This document shows positions 11,198 through 22,650 of a stretch of DNA of 64,000 nt, one piece after another (within the stretch, counting starts at the first letter, position 1; the number at the start of each line of letters is the position of its first letter). Both the position numbers and the translations under genes were made by a program. Source of the DNA: Octopus vulgaris (lineage: Eukaryota); contig OX597834.1 of NCBI GenBank assembly GCA_951406725.2, positions 11,408,001 through 11,472,000 on the forward strand, given 5' to 3'. The notes beneath the pieces are model-generated. The model was given only the letters and a program-made list of their open reading frames with translations, was not told where the DNA came from and searched no databases.

Positions 11198-12555
11198 CCT
11201 CCTTCGTAATTTATATATATCAAGTCCTTACGTTGTTGATAACATGTGACTCAATATAGCCTGTTGCTTTGTGTGTGTGAGAAAGTGCATGGCTTAGTAG
11301 TAATTGCGAGGTCGTGCTTTCGATTTCCAGACTGGGCATTGAGTTTCGTTTTTGAGCAAAAAAAAAAACTTCCTTTCACGTTGCTCTGCGTTGTTCCGAC
11401 ATTTGAGATGCGGCACGTCGTGTACCTGTACAGGTAATGTCGATTTGATGGCGGGAGTGAGCTTATGTGAACACAAACATTTGATCACTATAAAGAAATG
11501 ATCAGGAGAGTCCATGTTATAAAGATATTATGATGATAATTCACTGGATTGTAGTAGAGTAAATTGCAAATTATAAAATATAGTTGTTTTTAAATTTTAT
11601 TATTGAATAATCCAGAGAATTATCATTTGTCACCCGCTTTATTTGCAATACGAAACTCTTGACCCTTGAGTCACTGTGCAAATTCTGCCGGAACTGATAA
11701 TAATAATAATTAATAATGTACGTGTGTATGCGTATATGAATGTGTAGGAACACTTGGATGAATGTGGAGTACAAAAGATCAAAGAGAAAAAGTGATATCG
11801 CCCCGGCGCGGGTGTGAATTGATGTATGAAATAAACATGTTCCTTCTTCCTTCAGTCTCATGAAAAGTGGTTCCGTTTGAGAAGCGAAATAACAGTGTTC
11901 AACACTTGAATAACACATGAGTTTTTATAATTATTATAACAATAGTTCTTTCGATAGACTTTGTAAAACATATTCTTGTGTATGTGCAAAGTCATTACGC
12001 CAATAATAATGATACAAGCACAGGTTCATTTGCACTTCGTATTGTTAGTCAATTGGTTACCCAACTAAGTAATCGTTCACTTGTTTAATGTGTTCGTTTA
12101 TGCAGTTAATCGATTCTTTGCTACTTAAAGGTCCTTCGTAGTGTTTGCGATCTTTTCAAAGACCAACAAAGGACCGATTGATTGTTTAAACCAAAACATT
12201 ACATAAACGATCGAGATTAGTTAATTGGTTAGACACTTAAAGAATTGACTAGCAATAACGAAGTGGAATTGAACCTGTGCGTGTGTTGCTACTATTATTG
12301 ACAGAATGACCCTCCAAAATAACAATAATAACAATAATAGTAGTAGTAATAATAATAATAAGAAGAAGAAAACAGGCTAAAAGGTAATTCTCCAAGAAGA
12401 ATTCGTTAGGGTGTCTGTTTATTGCTGTTATCAGAGCATCAACAAATTCAACAAGGCATTTCTTACAACTCTCGATGAAGTAAAGAAAAAAGAACGGGAC
12501 ATTTTCGAAGTGAACGACAAATACAAACATGGGATAAAGAAAATTTATTTCTTAC

Positions 12556-13116
12556 CTTAAAGAAAGTCATAGTAGATCCGCCAGCGAGTGTCCCATAGGA
12601 TATCTCAGTCTGCTTGGCCAAATCCTCGGCACTTTCGATAGGGGATACCATACGTTCCACTGTAAGAAACGCCGCAAGGTTGGCTGTGTATGACGAAATG
12701 ATAATCAGTGTGAAAAACCACCAAATTCCGCCTACAATACGGGTGGACACAGCTCTCGGGTTGATATCGGAACCCTGTTGCATCAATGTTCCCACAGTAA
12801 ACCAGAAACTGTTTGATAATGTAAATGAATTCATAACAGTATCTGCATCTTGGTTACAAGGGTGGGGATTATACCATTCGTAGGGGCTAAATCTGGCTAA
12901 AATGAATATTGTAAAGCTGACGACAAGGTAGGCAGCGATTACGTACAACCATATTTCTATGGCGAGTGGATTTAGAAAAGAAAATAACCCTGGTTTTTCA
13001 CGTTTTGGAACTTTAAATAGGATACTAATTCCGAGGTTGAGAAAAGGTTTGGTAAAATCGATAACTTGCTCCCTTATGTAACTGATGCTAAGACCTGCCA
13101 CTGCTAAATCGGCTTT
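12556..13116 (-). CDS. Kainate-type iGluR exon: end of S1, M1, M2 pore loop (Q/R site), M3 (SYTANLAAF), start of S2
   Basis: tttcag|[25 protein letters not shown]...[13 protein letters not shown]...[16 protein letters not shown]...[16 protein letters not shown]...[14 protein letters not shown]|gtaaga; 561 nt, phase 0/0. [12 protein letters not shown] and TMTFFK are kainate-class signatures. Confidence 0.99.
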
Positions 13117-13149
13117 CTGAAATAGAAAATGAAACAAAAAATATATATA

Positions 13150-13490
13150 TATATACCATCAATAAAAATAATTAATTAATAATAATAACAAAAATAATAA
13201 TAATAATAATAATAATAAATAATTATAATAATTATAATAATTAAAATAATAAATAAAAATATTAATAATAATTATAATGATAAAAATAATAATAATTAAT
13301 AATAATAATAATAATAATAAAAATAATAATAAAAATAATGAATAATAATAATAATAAAAATAATAAATGAAAATAATGATATATAGAATAATAATAATTA
13401 TAAATAAAAATAATTCATAATAATAATAACAACAATAATACAAATTATATAATAACAATAATTAATAATAATTATTATTATTATTAATAC
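13150..13490. repeat. Degenerate (AAT)n microsatellite immediately upstream of the pore exon acceptor
   Basis: Read directly from the sequence. Confidence 0.9.
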
Positions 13491-13856
13491 TTCATAATAC
13501 AAAAGATGTGGGATCTTAAAACGAGAAACATTACTATTCGCGCGCTCAGGCGCACACACTCGCGCCCGCATGCGCACCTACACACGCACATATACATCGA
13601 ATACATAGTTGCATATTATTTGGCATTAGCTGCAGATTTGTGAGAAAAGAATATACTTAATTAAATTAATTGCATTTAAGTTTTATATAATAAAAAAACT
13701 AAAATGAGAAAGTTTAAATTAAATATCTCACTGCATATATTCATGCACCTCAAGAAAGTATTAATGAACTTGAAAGGGACATAACTGGAAATAGTTTTAT
13801 AGAGTTGTCTCCCATGAAAATATTTTTTCAAATCAAGTAATTCAACAAATGATATT

Positions 13857-14038
13857 CTTTTGTTTCAGTCATTTGACTGCGGCCGTACTGGAGCACCACC
13901 TTTAGTCGAACAAATCGACCCCAGGTCTTATTCTTTGTAAGCCTACTGATTATTCGATTGGACAATTTTGCCGAACTGCAAAGTTATGGGGACGTAAACA
14001 CACCAACATCCGTTATCAAGCGACGGTGGTGGGGACAA

Positions 14039-14109
<71 letters not shown>

Positions 14110-14155
14110 CACACGACTGGCAGCTTTCAGTCTCCGTCTACCAAATCCACTCAAA
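13857..14155 (-). mobile_element. SINE family A, 5'-truncated
   Basis: TTTCAGTCATTTGACTGCGGCC...CTCCGTCTACCAAATCCACTC is the reverse complement of the family A body. Confidence 0.85.
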
Positions 14156-14787
14156 AGGTCGACTTTGCTTTTCATGATTTCGGAGATGAAGAAACAAGTA
14201 ACAGTTGAACACAGGAGTAATCTATTAGGACCCTCCCCCAAAATTTCAAACCCATTTTGGGTTTTTTTTTTTTCATTAAAACTATCAATGGGTATCAGGC
14301 CGCAGTTGATAATATTTTGGCGATTATGGAGATGAATAAAAACATGTTTTAAGTTATAAGAAATAAACGGCGAAGGAGCGTTGCATGTTTCTGTATGCTA
14401 ATAACATTATAATATTTATTTGATGCATATTGATATGATGCACAAATGTATACCAAACAAAACATGCCCTACATATAATTCCTCGATTCTATGTTGTCTG
14501 TTATGTTCATGCAAGAAATATTCTTGTATAAACAAATGAGCACACACAGAGAAACGCACACACAAGCCTTCATCAGACATATGTACGTAGCTACATAATG
14601 AAATAATTCTTTAGTATGAGTCTATGATCTACAAGAAAAGAAATCCATTGACCGTTTGAAGATCTGCCAGAGGCGATAAGTGATGAATGTGTAAACAATC
14701 CGAAGCCATCACTTCTTTTTTTATGCATCTGTTTCTGTGTATCACTCATTTTAGTTTTCTGTACTTCACTATTGAAATGGGGTAGGA

Positions 14788-15180
14788 AGAGAGAGAGACA
14801 GAGATAGACAGAGAGAGAGGGGGAGACAGAGAGAGACAGAGACAGACAGAGAGAGAGACACACAGGAGACAGACAGAGACACACACACACACAGAGACAG
14901 ACATAGAGAGAGAGAGACAGAGACAGAGAGTGAGAGACAGACAGACAGACAGACACACAGAGTGAGAGACAAACAGAGAGACAGAGAGAGACAGAGAGAG
15001 ACAGAGAGAGAGACAGAGACAGAGACACACACACACAGAGACAGAGAGAGAGAGACAGAGACAGAGAGTGAGAGACAGACAGACAGACAGACACAGAGAG
15101 TGAGAGACAAACAGAGAGAGACAGAGAGAGACAGAGAGAGACAGACAGAGAGAGACAGAGAAAGCGACAGAGAGAGAAAG
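14788..15180. repeat. Complex (GA)n/(GACA)n microsatellite
   Basis: Read directly; it generates the spurious SLSLSV/RERQRE ORFs. Confidence 0.95.
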
Positions 15181-15476
15181 GGAGAATCTGTGTTCGAGAA
15201 AGAAGGAAAGACGGAAATTAACGAGTCAAAATACAGGAAAAACATATGTCTGTCCATGGTTTGCTATTGCCACGCCATTTCAACGCCTGTTTTTAGTTTA
15301 TTATTATTTTTTCCCTTCTTTCTTCAAACTCTCTTCCATTTCTCGACGGGTGTTTTCCGCACACCTAGGGCAGAGAAGCTCATTGTACGCATTCCCAGAT
15401 TACACACGCAAATTCACAGATAAAATATGCATTTAAAAAATTACTACATAAATAAAATCATAAATGAATGAAGTTT

Positions 15477-15770
15477 TCACAGCGATAATGCTCTCCTCAG
15501 TACATGAGTCGTTCCAGTCAACACGACTTTTTGCACTTCCTGTAGGGATGGTATGCCTGGTATCATTTTCAAATAGGTTTCAGTACCTTTTTTATCATCC
15601 CTAGAGATCCTACAATTACTGGTACTGTAGTCGCCTTGAGATGCCACATTTTTTCGATTTCTATTAGCAAGCCTTTATATTTACTGAACTTGTCAAATTC
15701 TTTCGCCGCTATTATTGTGATCGCAAAGAATACTCATGTCAATTAATAAACACCCCTTTTTTGTCTAATC
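15477..15770 (-). mobile_element. R4/Dong-type non-LTR retrotransposon 3' fragment (restriction-like endonuclease domain), frameshifted
   Basis: Minus-strand translation gives approximately CLLIDMSI...AAKEFDKFSKYKGLLIEIEKMWHLKATTVPVIVGSLGMIKK...YLKMIPGIPSLQEVQK.VLTGTTHVLRRALSL*, a typical RLE C-terminus. It abuts an (ATT)n tract. Confidence 0.8.
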
Positions 15771-15836
15771 TTTTATAATAATATTTTTATTATTATTATT
15801 ATTTATTTATTATTATTTATTATTATTATTATTATC

Positions 15837-16210
15837 AAAGCAGCAAGCTGGCAGAAACGTTAGCACGCCGAGCGAAATGCTTAGTGGTATTTCGTCTGCC
15901 GTTACTTTCTGAGTTCAAATTCCGCAGAGGTCCACTTTGCCTTTCATCCTTTCGGGGTCGACTAAATAAGTACCAGTTACGTACTGGGGTCGATGTTATC
16001 GACTTAATCCGTTTGTCTGTCCTTGTTTGTCCCCTATGTGTGTAGCCCCTTTTGGGCAGTACAGAAATAGGTATTTTGTCTGTTGTTACGTTCTGAGTTC
16101 AAATTCCACCAAAGTCGATAACTTAAGTACAATTGAAGCACTGGGATCGATGCAATCAACTTATCCCCTCCCCTCAAAATGGCTGCCTTTGTGGCAAAAT
16201 TTGAAACCAT
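15837..16210 (+). mobile_element. SINE family B, head plus a partial second unit
   Basis: GCAAGCTGGCAGAAACGTTAGCACGCC...; the unit restarts at GAAATAGGTATTT near 16063-16076. Confidence 0.85.
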
Positions 16211-16339
16211 TATTATTATTTTTTTTATTATTAAATATATATTATAAGCACTTTTCCTCTGTGATGGCGAGTAATAATAACAACGCTCTATATAATTTTC
16301 GAATGAGTTTCTCTTGTAGCTTAACGGCAGAGGCTATTC

Positions 16340-16685
16340 ACACACACACACACATGTATATATACATACGCATGTATACACACACACACGCATGTATACA
16401 CGCATACACACGTATGTATACACGCATGTATACACACACACACGCGCGCATGTATAAACACACACACGCGCGCATGTATAAACACACACACGCGCGCATG
16501 TATACACACACACACGCACGCATGTATACACACACGCACACGCACACGCGCATGTATACACACGCACACACACACACACTCATGAATAAACACGCACACA
16601 CACACACACGCATGAATACACACACACACACACACACACACACACTCATGAATAAACACACACACACTCATGTATACACACATAT
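16340..16685. repeat. (CA)n-CGCATGTATA minisatellite
   Basis: About 14 imperfect units of 20-26 bp. Confidence 0.9.
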
Positions 16686-17148
16686 TTATGCGCCTATTTT
16701 TGTGCGCATGTGTATTCACGTTGCATGAAAACTATTTCATTCTCACTTTTTCCTCTCGATATCAACCAATCTATAATATCCGTGTGTCTCATAAAGACGA
16801 GATGCATCCATCCACACGCGTTATTCTCAGGTAGTTTTATGGCAACGAATCACCTGTGCGCTCCACCTGTCTTGACCATCGTAATTACGCTAGCAGTTAC
16901 CTCATTACGGCCACCGTGGCATTTTTCTCATAAAACTGCATGCTGATTGGGTATCCAGATTTTAGTGTAAGTCAGTGGTGCGTATAAAGAGGTCATAAAT
17001 ACACCATTTTGTCCCCCCCACACCTGACTCTACACCTTATGTTTACGTACAAACAGGTAGATATGCATATGCATAAATGCAAATGGTTCTTCGTCGGTTT
17101 TGACGATGATCATGCACTTGTTCTATTACATGAAATGCAAGCATGTTA

Positions 17149-17544
17149 TACAACGTCCCTTGAAAAAAGTATTCGACTGTATTTTTTTCCGCCAATACTA
17201 ATGTCAAGGGACCAAATTCCTTTGGGTAGAATATGGTGCCACTATTCCTAGGTATTCCTCAAAAATATTTGTTACCCCCCGGCTGTTGTGCTTCGAGTAT
17301 AGACGTCTAGTGCGCGCTCGTAAGATTTTCGTTTTCATGCTAGATGACCGGATGCGTGGAGCAGAAACAAAGTCCTGTCTTATCATTAGTGATGATGATC
17401 TTCATTGAAATCTGTGTCGTGGTTTGTACAGCCCAACATGACCCAAGGAATTTGTATGCGGAGCTGCTCTTCCAGCATCTTGGGAATTAATTTTTCTGAG
17501 ACTTTCTGCATGCACAAATCTTCCGTTATAATGGAATGTATTGA

Positions 17545-17548
<4 letters not shown>
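17149..17548 (-). mobile_element. Mariner DNA transposon remnant (internally deleted, one terminal repeat)
   Basis: Minus translation IHSIITEDLCMQKVSEKLIPKML...QLRIQI...NHDTDF/MKIIITNDKT resembles the mariner HxILTEDLxMxKVxAKxVPKxL...IITGDETW region. TA-CAACGTCCCTTGAAAAAAGTATTCGACTGTATTTTTTT at 17149 resembles a mariner TIR. Confidence 0.75.
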
Positions 17549-17588
<40 letters not shown>

Positions 17589-17858
17589 GTATATATATAT
17601 AGTATATATATGTCGAATATGGAGCCCCCTTGTAGAAAATGGAAATAAACAGTCTCTGACTGCTATTTCTAATTATTTCGGTATGCGGCAGAGCAACCTG
17701 TTGCCTGCCCTTTTACTTATATACTATATATACTGAACTCCACAGAACTTCCCGACGCTAAAGGTCATATTTACATACCGAAATCTACCGGTAAATAATT
17801 GTTGGTTGTCTCAAACCATCGAAAAAATTATTTACCCTTTTATTATATATATATATAT

Positions 17859-18044
17859 ATTTATAAATAACTTATAAAATAAGGGCAAGAGAGATTCTAA
17901 TGCCAAATATGCCGAAAAAAAGACAAAATTGTCAATAACCATTATAATTTATTGACAATAAGTTATTGACAATTTTGTCTTTTTTTCGGCATATTTGGCA
18001 TTAGAATTTTTCTTTTGCCCTTATTTTATAAGTTATTTATAAAT
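17859..18044. repeat. Foldback hairpin with arms of about 80 bp
   Basis: 17859-17939 is the reverse complement of 17962-18044; the left end abuts (TA)n. Confidence 0.85.
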
Positions 18045-18135
18045 TTAACCTTTAATGGTATTTTTTGATATGCTGGCCATTGACAAAATTTGTTTCTTTC
18101 GAAAAAAATCTGATCCTACATTAGTTACATATAAT

Positions 18136-18412
18136 GTGGAGGCGCAATGGCCTAGTGGTTAGGGCAGCGGTTTCGATTCCCAGACCGGGCGTTGTGTGTG
18201 TTTATTGAGCGAAAACACTTAAAAGCTCCACGAGGCTCCGGTAGGGGGTGGTGATCTCTGCTGTACTCTTTTACCACTCTTTCTCCCACTCTTTCTTCTG
18301 TTGGCCTGCTCGCTTAGCCAGCGGGGTGGCGTCATTCGAAGGCTAAAACAATGCGAACGCATTGTGACCAGCGATGTTTAACAACATCTGATGGTCTGGT
18401 CGGTCACGTGAT
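18136..18412 (+). mobile_element. tRNA-derived SINE family C (tail type 1)
   Basis: GTGGAGGCGCAATGGCCTAGTGGTTAGGGCAGCGG...TTCGATTCCC...TTTATTGAGCGAAAACAC; the head is shared with 37218. Confidence 0.8.
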
Positions 18413-19262
18413 ATATAATGTGGGTGGTGTGTTGTGATGTGATGTGATGTGTAATGTGGGCGGTGTGCTGTGGGTGGTGTGTTGTGATGTGATGTGTTAT
18501 GTGGGCGGTGTGCTGTGGGTGGTGTGTTGTGATGTGATGTGTAATGTCGTATGGTATAGTGTAGTGTGGTGTGATGTTGTGGGGGGGGGCGAGAGTGGGG
18601 AAAACCCATATATATATACATATACAGAGAGAGAGAGAGAAAGAGAGACCGAAAGCATCAATGTATTTAAATGCAAATAATCAAATAATAAAAGATCTCA
18701 GTTGGTGAAACTTAGTAGATTGTAGTATTCTTTACGCGTTATATATTTTAAGTATGAAGCGTCATCTTCTTTACGTACACAAGTAATAATATCTCTTTTA
18801 ACTTTCATGGCTAACAATTTCTTTCTATTCACTTCTCTGCCTCCATCCGGTAATCTTTAATTAGTTTCTATTTCGTAGTAATTTATTAATTTTTTTTTCT
18901 TTGTTTTCCTTTCTTTTTATCTTTATTCTTGTATTCATATCTTTAGTTTTTGTGTATGTATTTTACATACTTTTTTGTGTTGGTACAATTTTTATGATTG
19001 TATACCCCAGAATAATGATTAGCGAAATAGTCTCGGCAGAATTCTATCAGAACATTCAGTCCCCCTGTCGATTGTTTGTAGTTATTTATTGATTCCGTAT
19101 AGGTTTTGAAATGGAAATATAAAAAACCTCATTCGCTTCTGCGATATGCACTTGAGATTTTGAATTTTATACAATTATAATACCACGAAACAAAGGTAAG
19201 TTAGAACAGTTTAAATAAATACAAGAACAGGAGCAACAATAATAAACATAATAATAATAATA

Positions 19263-19456
19263 ATACTCTTTACTCTTTTACTTGTTTCAGTCATTTGACT
19301 GCGGCCATGCTGGAGCACCGCCTTTAGTCGAGCAAATCGACCCCGGGACTTATTCTTTGTAAGTCCAGTACTTATTCTATCGGTGTCTTTTGCCGAACCG
19401 CTAAGTGACGGGGACATAAACACACCAGCATCGGTTGTCAAGCAATGCTAGGGGAA

Positions 19457-19506
<50 letters not shown>

Positions 19507-19670
19507 CGACAGGCTTCTTTCAGTTTCCATCTACCTAATCCACTCACAAGGCATTAGTCGGCCCGGGGCTATATCAGAAGACACTTGCCCAAGATGCCAC
19601 GCAGTGGGACTGAACCCGGAACCATGTGGCTGGTTAGCAAGCTACTTACCACACAGCCACTCCTGCGCCT
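19263..19670 (-). mobile_element. SINE family A, full length, inserted in (TAA)n
   Basis: Complete reverse-complement copy flanked by TAATAATAATA on both sides. Confidence 0.9.
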
Positions 19671-19683
19671 AATAATAATAATA

Positions 19684-20570
19684 ATGGTTTCAAATCTTGC
19701 TCCAAGGCCAGCAATTTTTCAGGTAAGTCGATTACATCGACACCAGTGTTTGCCTGGTACTTAATTTACCGACCCCGAAAAGATGAAAATCAAATTTAAC
19801 CTCGGCGGAGTTTGAACTCAGAACGTGAAGATAGACGAAATGTCGCTAAGCAATTTTCCCGGCGTGCTCACGATTCTGCCAGCTCGTCGGCTTCCAAATG
19901 AAAATAATAATTATTCCTTGTCGTATATGCACAAAGCCTGAAATTCTGTTCAACTGCTACTTATTTTAACGATCGTGAAAAGTTGAGACAGATTTGACCC
20001 CGCTGCAATTTCAAATAATAATAATAATAATCCTTTCTACTGGAGACACACGGCTTCAAATTTTTTTTTTTTGGGGGGGGGACTAGTCGATTATATCGAC
20101 CGTAGTGTTTCACAAGGGTCGATATTTATCGACCCGAAAGGATAAAAGCCAAGATCTACCTCAGTAGAATTTAAATTCCGAACGTAGCGACAGATGAAAT
20201 ACCTATTTCTTTGCTACTCACAAGGGGCTAAACACAGAGAGGACAAACAATGCAATGCAAGACATTTTACATTCTAAAAATAAGATATCATCGGAGACAT
20301 TGTTGCTTTTCATCTTTGCATTAGAAGAAATAAAGTAGTACCTATTTCTTTACTACCCACAAGGGGCTAAACACAGAGAGGACAAACAAGGACAGACAAA
20401 CGGATTAAGTCGATTATATCGACCCCAGTGCGTAACCGATACTTATTTAATCGACCCCGAAAGGATGAAAGGCAAAGTCGACCTCGATGGAATTTGAACT
20501 CAGAACGTAACGACAGACGAAATATGGCTACGCATTTCGCCCGGCGTGCTAAATTTCTGCCAGCTCGCCG
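19684..20570 (-). mobile_element. Cluster of SINE family B copies and units
   Basis: Family B motifs at 19684-19892, 20030-20250 and 20340-20570. Confidence 0.8.
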
Positions 20571-21245
20571 CATTATAATAATAATAATAATAACAACAAT
20601 AACAATAATAATAATAATAAAGTATGTGAAATAGAAAGTATTAACATAAATTTAAAATTGTAGGCAAATTTGTAAAATATTGCAAATATATATAAAAAAA
20701 AATCGCCGTCTTTATTTTTGTGTAGAATCCGAATTTATTTGAAATGTGGCAATCGTTGATTTACACGGTTAATTTGCATATTTATTTTCTTGGCGGTATT
20801 TTGTTATATAACTTTCTTTTCGGTGTTTCATCTTCTTTTTTAATTATTTTTATGTTTACTTCCTCTTTCTTTCTCTTTCTTTTCCTGCCTTTTTGTTTGT
20901 TCCACTTTTATTCCTTCTTTTATTTCCTTATTTCATTTTGTCTTCGAGGTCCATTCTCCCCCCGCCCACCCCAACTCACGTCTGGTTAGAAATGGTATCG
21001 TTCCTGTCATTTTGACTATTTAAAGAAAAGACATGATTATGTACACTCCAACACATTTTTACATTCTCCTCATCCTTGCAGCCGTTGTCATGGCGCAGCG
21101 GCAGCAGCAGCAGCAATAGTAGCAACCGTTTTAGTGGTATTAGTATTATTAGTAGTAGTGGTAGGAATTATTATTGTTTTTGCTTTCTTCGAGTTTCTAT
21201 TTGTACTTCCTAATTTTCTTTTTCTCATCATGATCATTATTATTA

Positions 21246-21281
<36 letters not shown>

Positions 21282-22016
21282 TATTTTATTAACTGGACTA
21301 ATTGAATGAAAATTCAGAATTCATTGGAAACATCTTGCACTGGTTAACTTCATACGGCTTTCGGTATAATTCAATTAACTGTAGAAACCAATCCGGATAC
21401 GGAATTAAAAAAAGAAGCAAAAAAAATAATAAATAAAACTTAAAAATAAATACGCCACTACCCCTATCACCTTCAACGCCACACCCAGACCGAAAAAGAA
21501 AGAAATAAAATGTCTACAAAGAAAATAATTAAACTGAGTCAAAACAAAGAACAAGATCATGATGACTTCTCTTTCTTTTCTTATAATAAATGTTTCTTAA
21601 ACAGACCAATTGATGACATTGGCCGTTAGACTAGATCTCTCAGTCTCGCTTACTCTTGTAAAAGAAAATCCGAGGTTCAATCCGATGTGTTGCAATGGAA
21701 ACCGAATAAACGGCACTACGAGACCGAGAACTCGAAACAGTACCTCATTTTGCATATTTTAACGCGGTTACGTATTTCAATGGTACGTAGAATTTAAGAA
21801 GAACCTAAAAGTGACAACACATGGACCCAGGGAATCTATTAATGACATTGGCTGTTAGACTAGATCTCCCAGTCTTGCTTACTCTTGTAAAAGAAATCCG
21901 AGTTTCAATCCGATGTGTTGCAATGGAAACTGACTAAACGGCACTACGAGGCCGAGACCTCGAGACAGTACCTCATTTTGCATATTTTAATGCGGTTATG
22001 TATTTCAGTGGTACAT

Positions 22017-22172
22017 AGACGCAGGAGTGGCTGTGTGGTAAGTAGCTTGCTAACCAACCACATGGCTCCTGGTTCAGTCCCACTGCGTGGCATCTTGGGC
22101 AAGTGTCTTCTGCTATAGCCTCGGGCCGACCAAAGGCTTGTGAGTCGGAAACTGAAAGAAGCCTGTCGTATG

Positions 22173-22270
<98 letters not shown>

Positions 22271-22650
22271 GTTAATCCAAACAAGAAAGCACAAAAAAAA
22301 CACAACAACGCGAGGACGTGGAACAAATATTGGACGCTCAAGAAAGAAAGAGGGCTTAACGTTTCGAGCGGAGCTCTTCGTCGGAAACATAGGAGGAGGA
22401 AAGATCCAGAGAAGGGAAGACAGAGCAAAAAAAATCGCCAACGGTACACGTGTCTGTGTTTGTCCCTCTAGCATTGCTTGACAACCAATGCTGGTGTGCT
22501 TAGGTCCCCGCCACTTAGCAGTTCGGCAAAAGACACCGATAGAATAAGTACTGGGCTTACAAAGAATAAGTCCCGGGGTCGATTTGCTCGACTAAAGGTG
22601 GTGCTCCAGCATGGCCGCAGTCAAATGACTGAAACAAGTAAAAGAGAGAG
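22017..22650 (+). mobile_element. SINE family A with a 13-bp TSD and a nested minus-strand insert (22266-22449)
   Basis: Flanked by AGTGGTACATAGA and AGTGGTCCATAGA. Confidence 0.9.
22354..22388 (-). ncRNA. Minimal hammerhead-like motif (U4C core), same family as 10103
   Basis: GTTT-CCGACGA-A-GAGC-TCC-GCTC-GAAA-CG-TT-AAGC. Confidence 0.55.

Noticed and set aside
12614-12883. Plus-strand ORFs overlapping receptor exons (also 8140-8373 and 27692-27889)
   Set aside because: Antisense shadows of the real minus-strand exons.
21055-21120. Plus-strand acceptor-like tract followed by ATG GCG CAG CGG (CAG)n
   Set aside because: A stop follows within 10 codons; it is a simple trinucleotide repeat with no partner exons.
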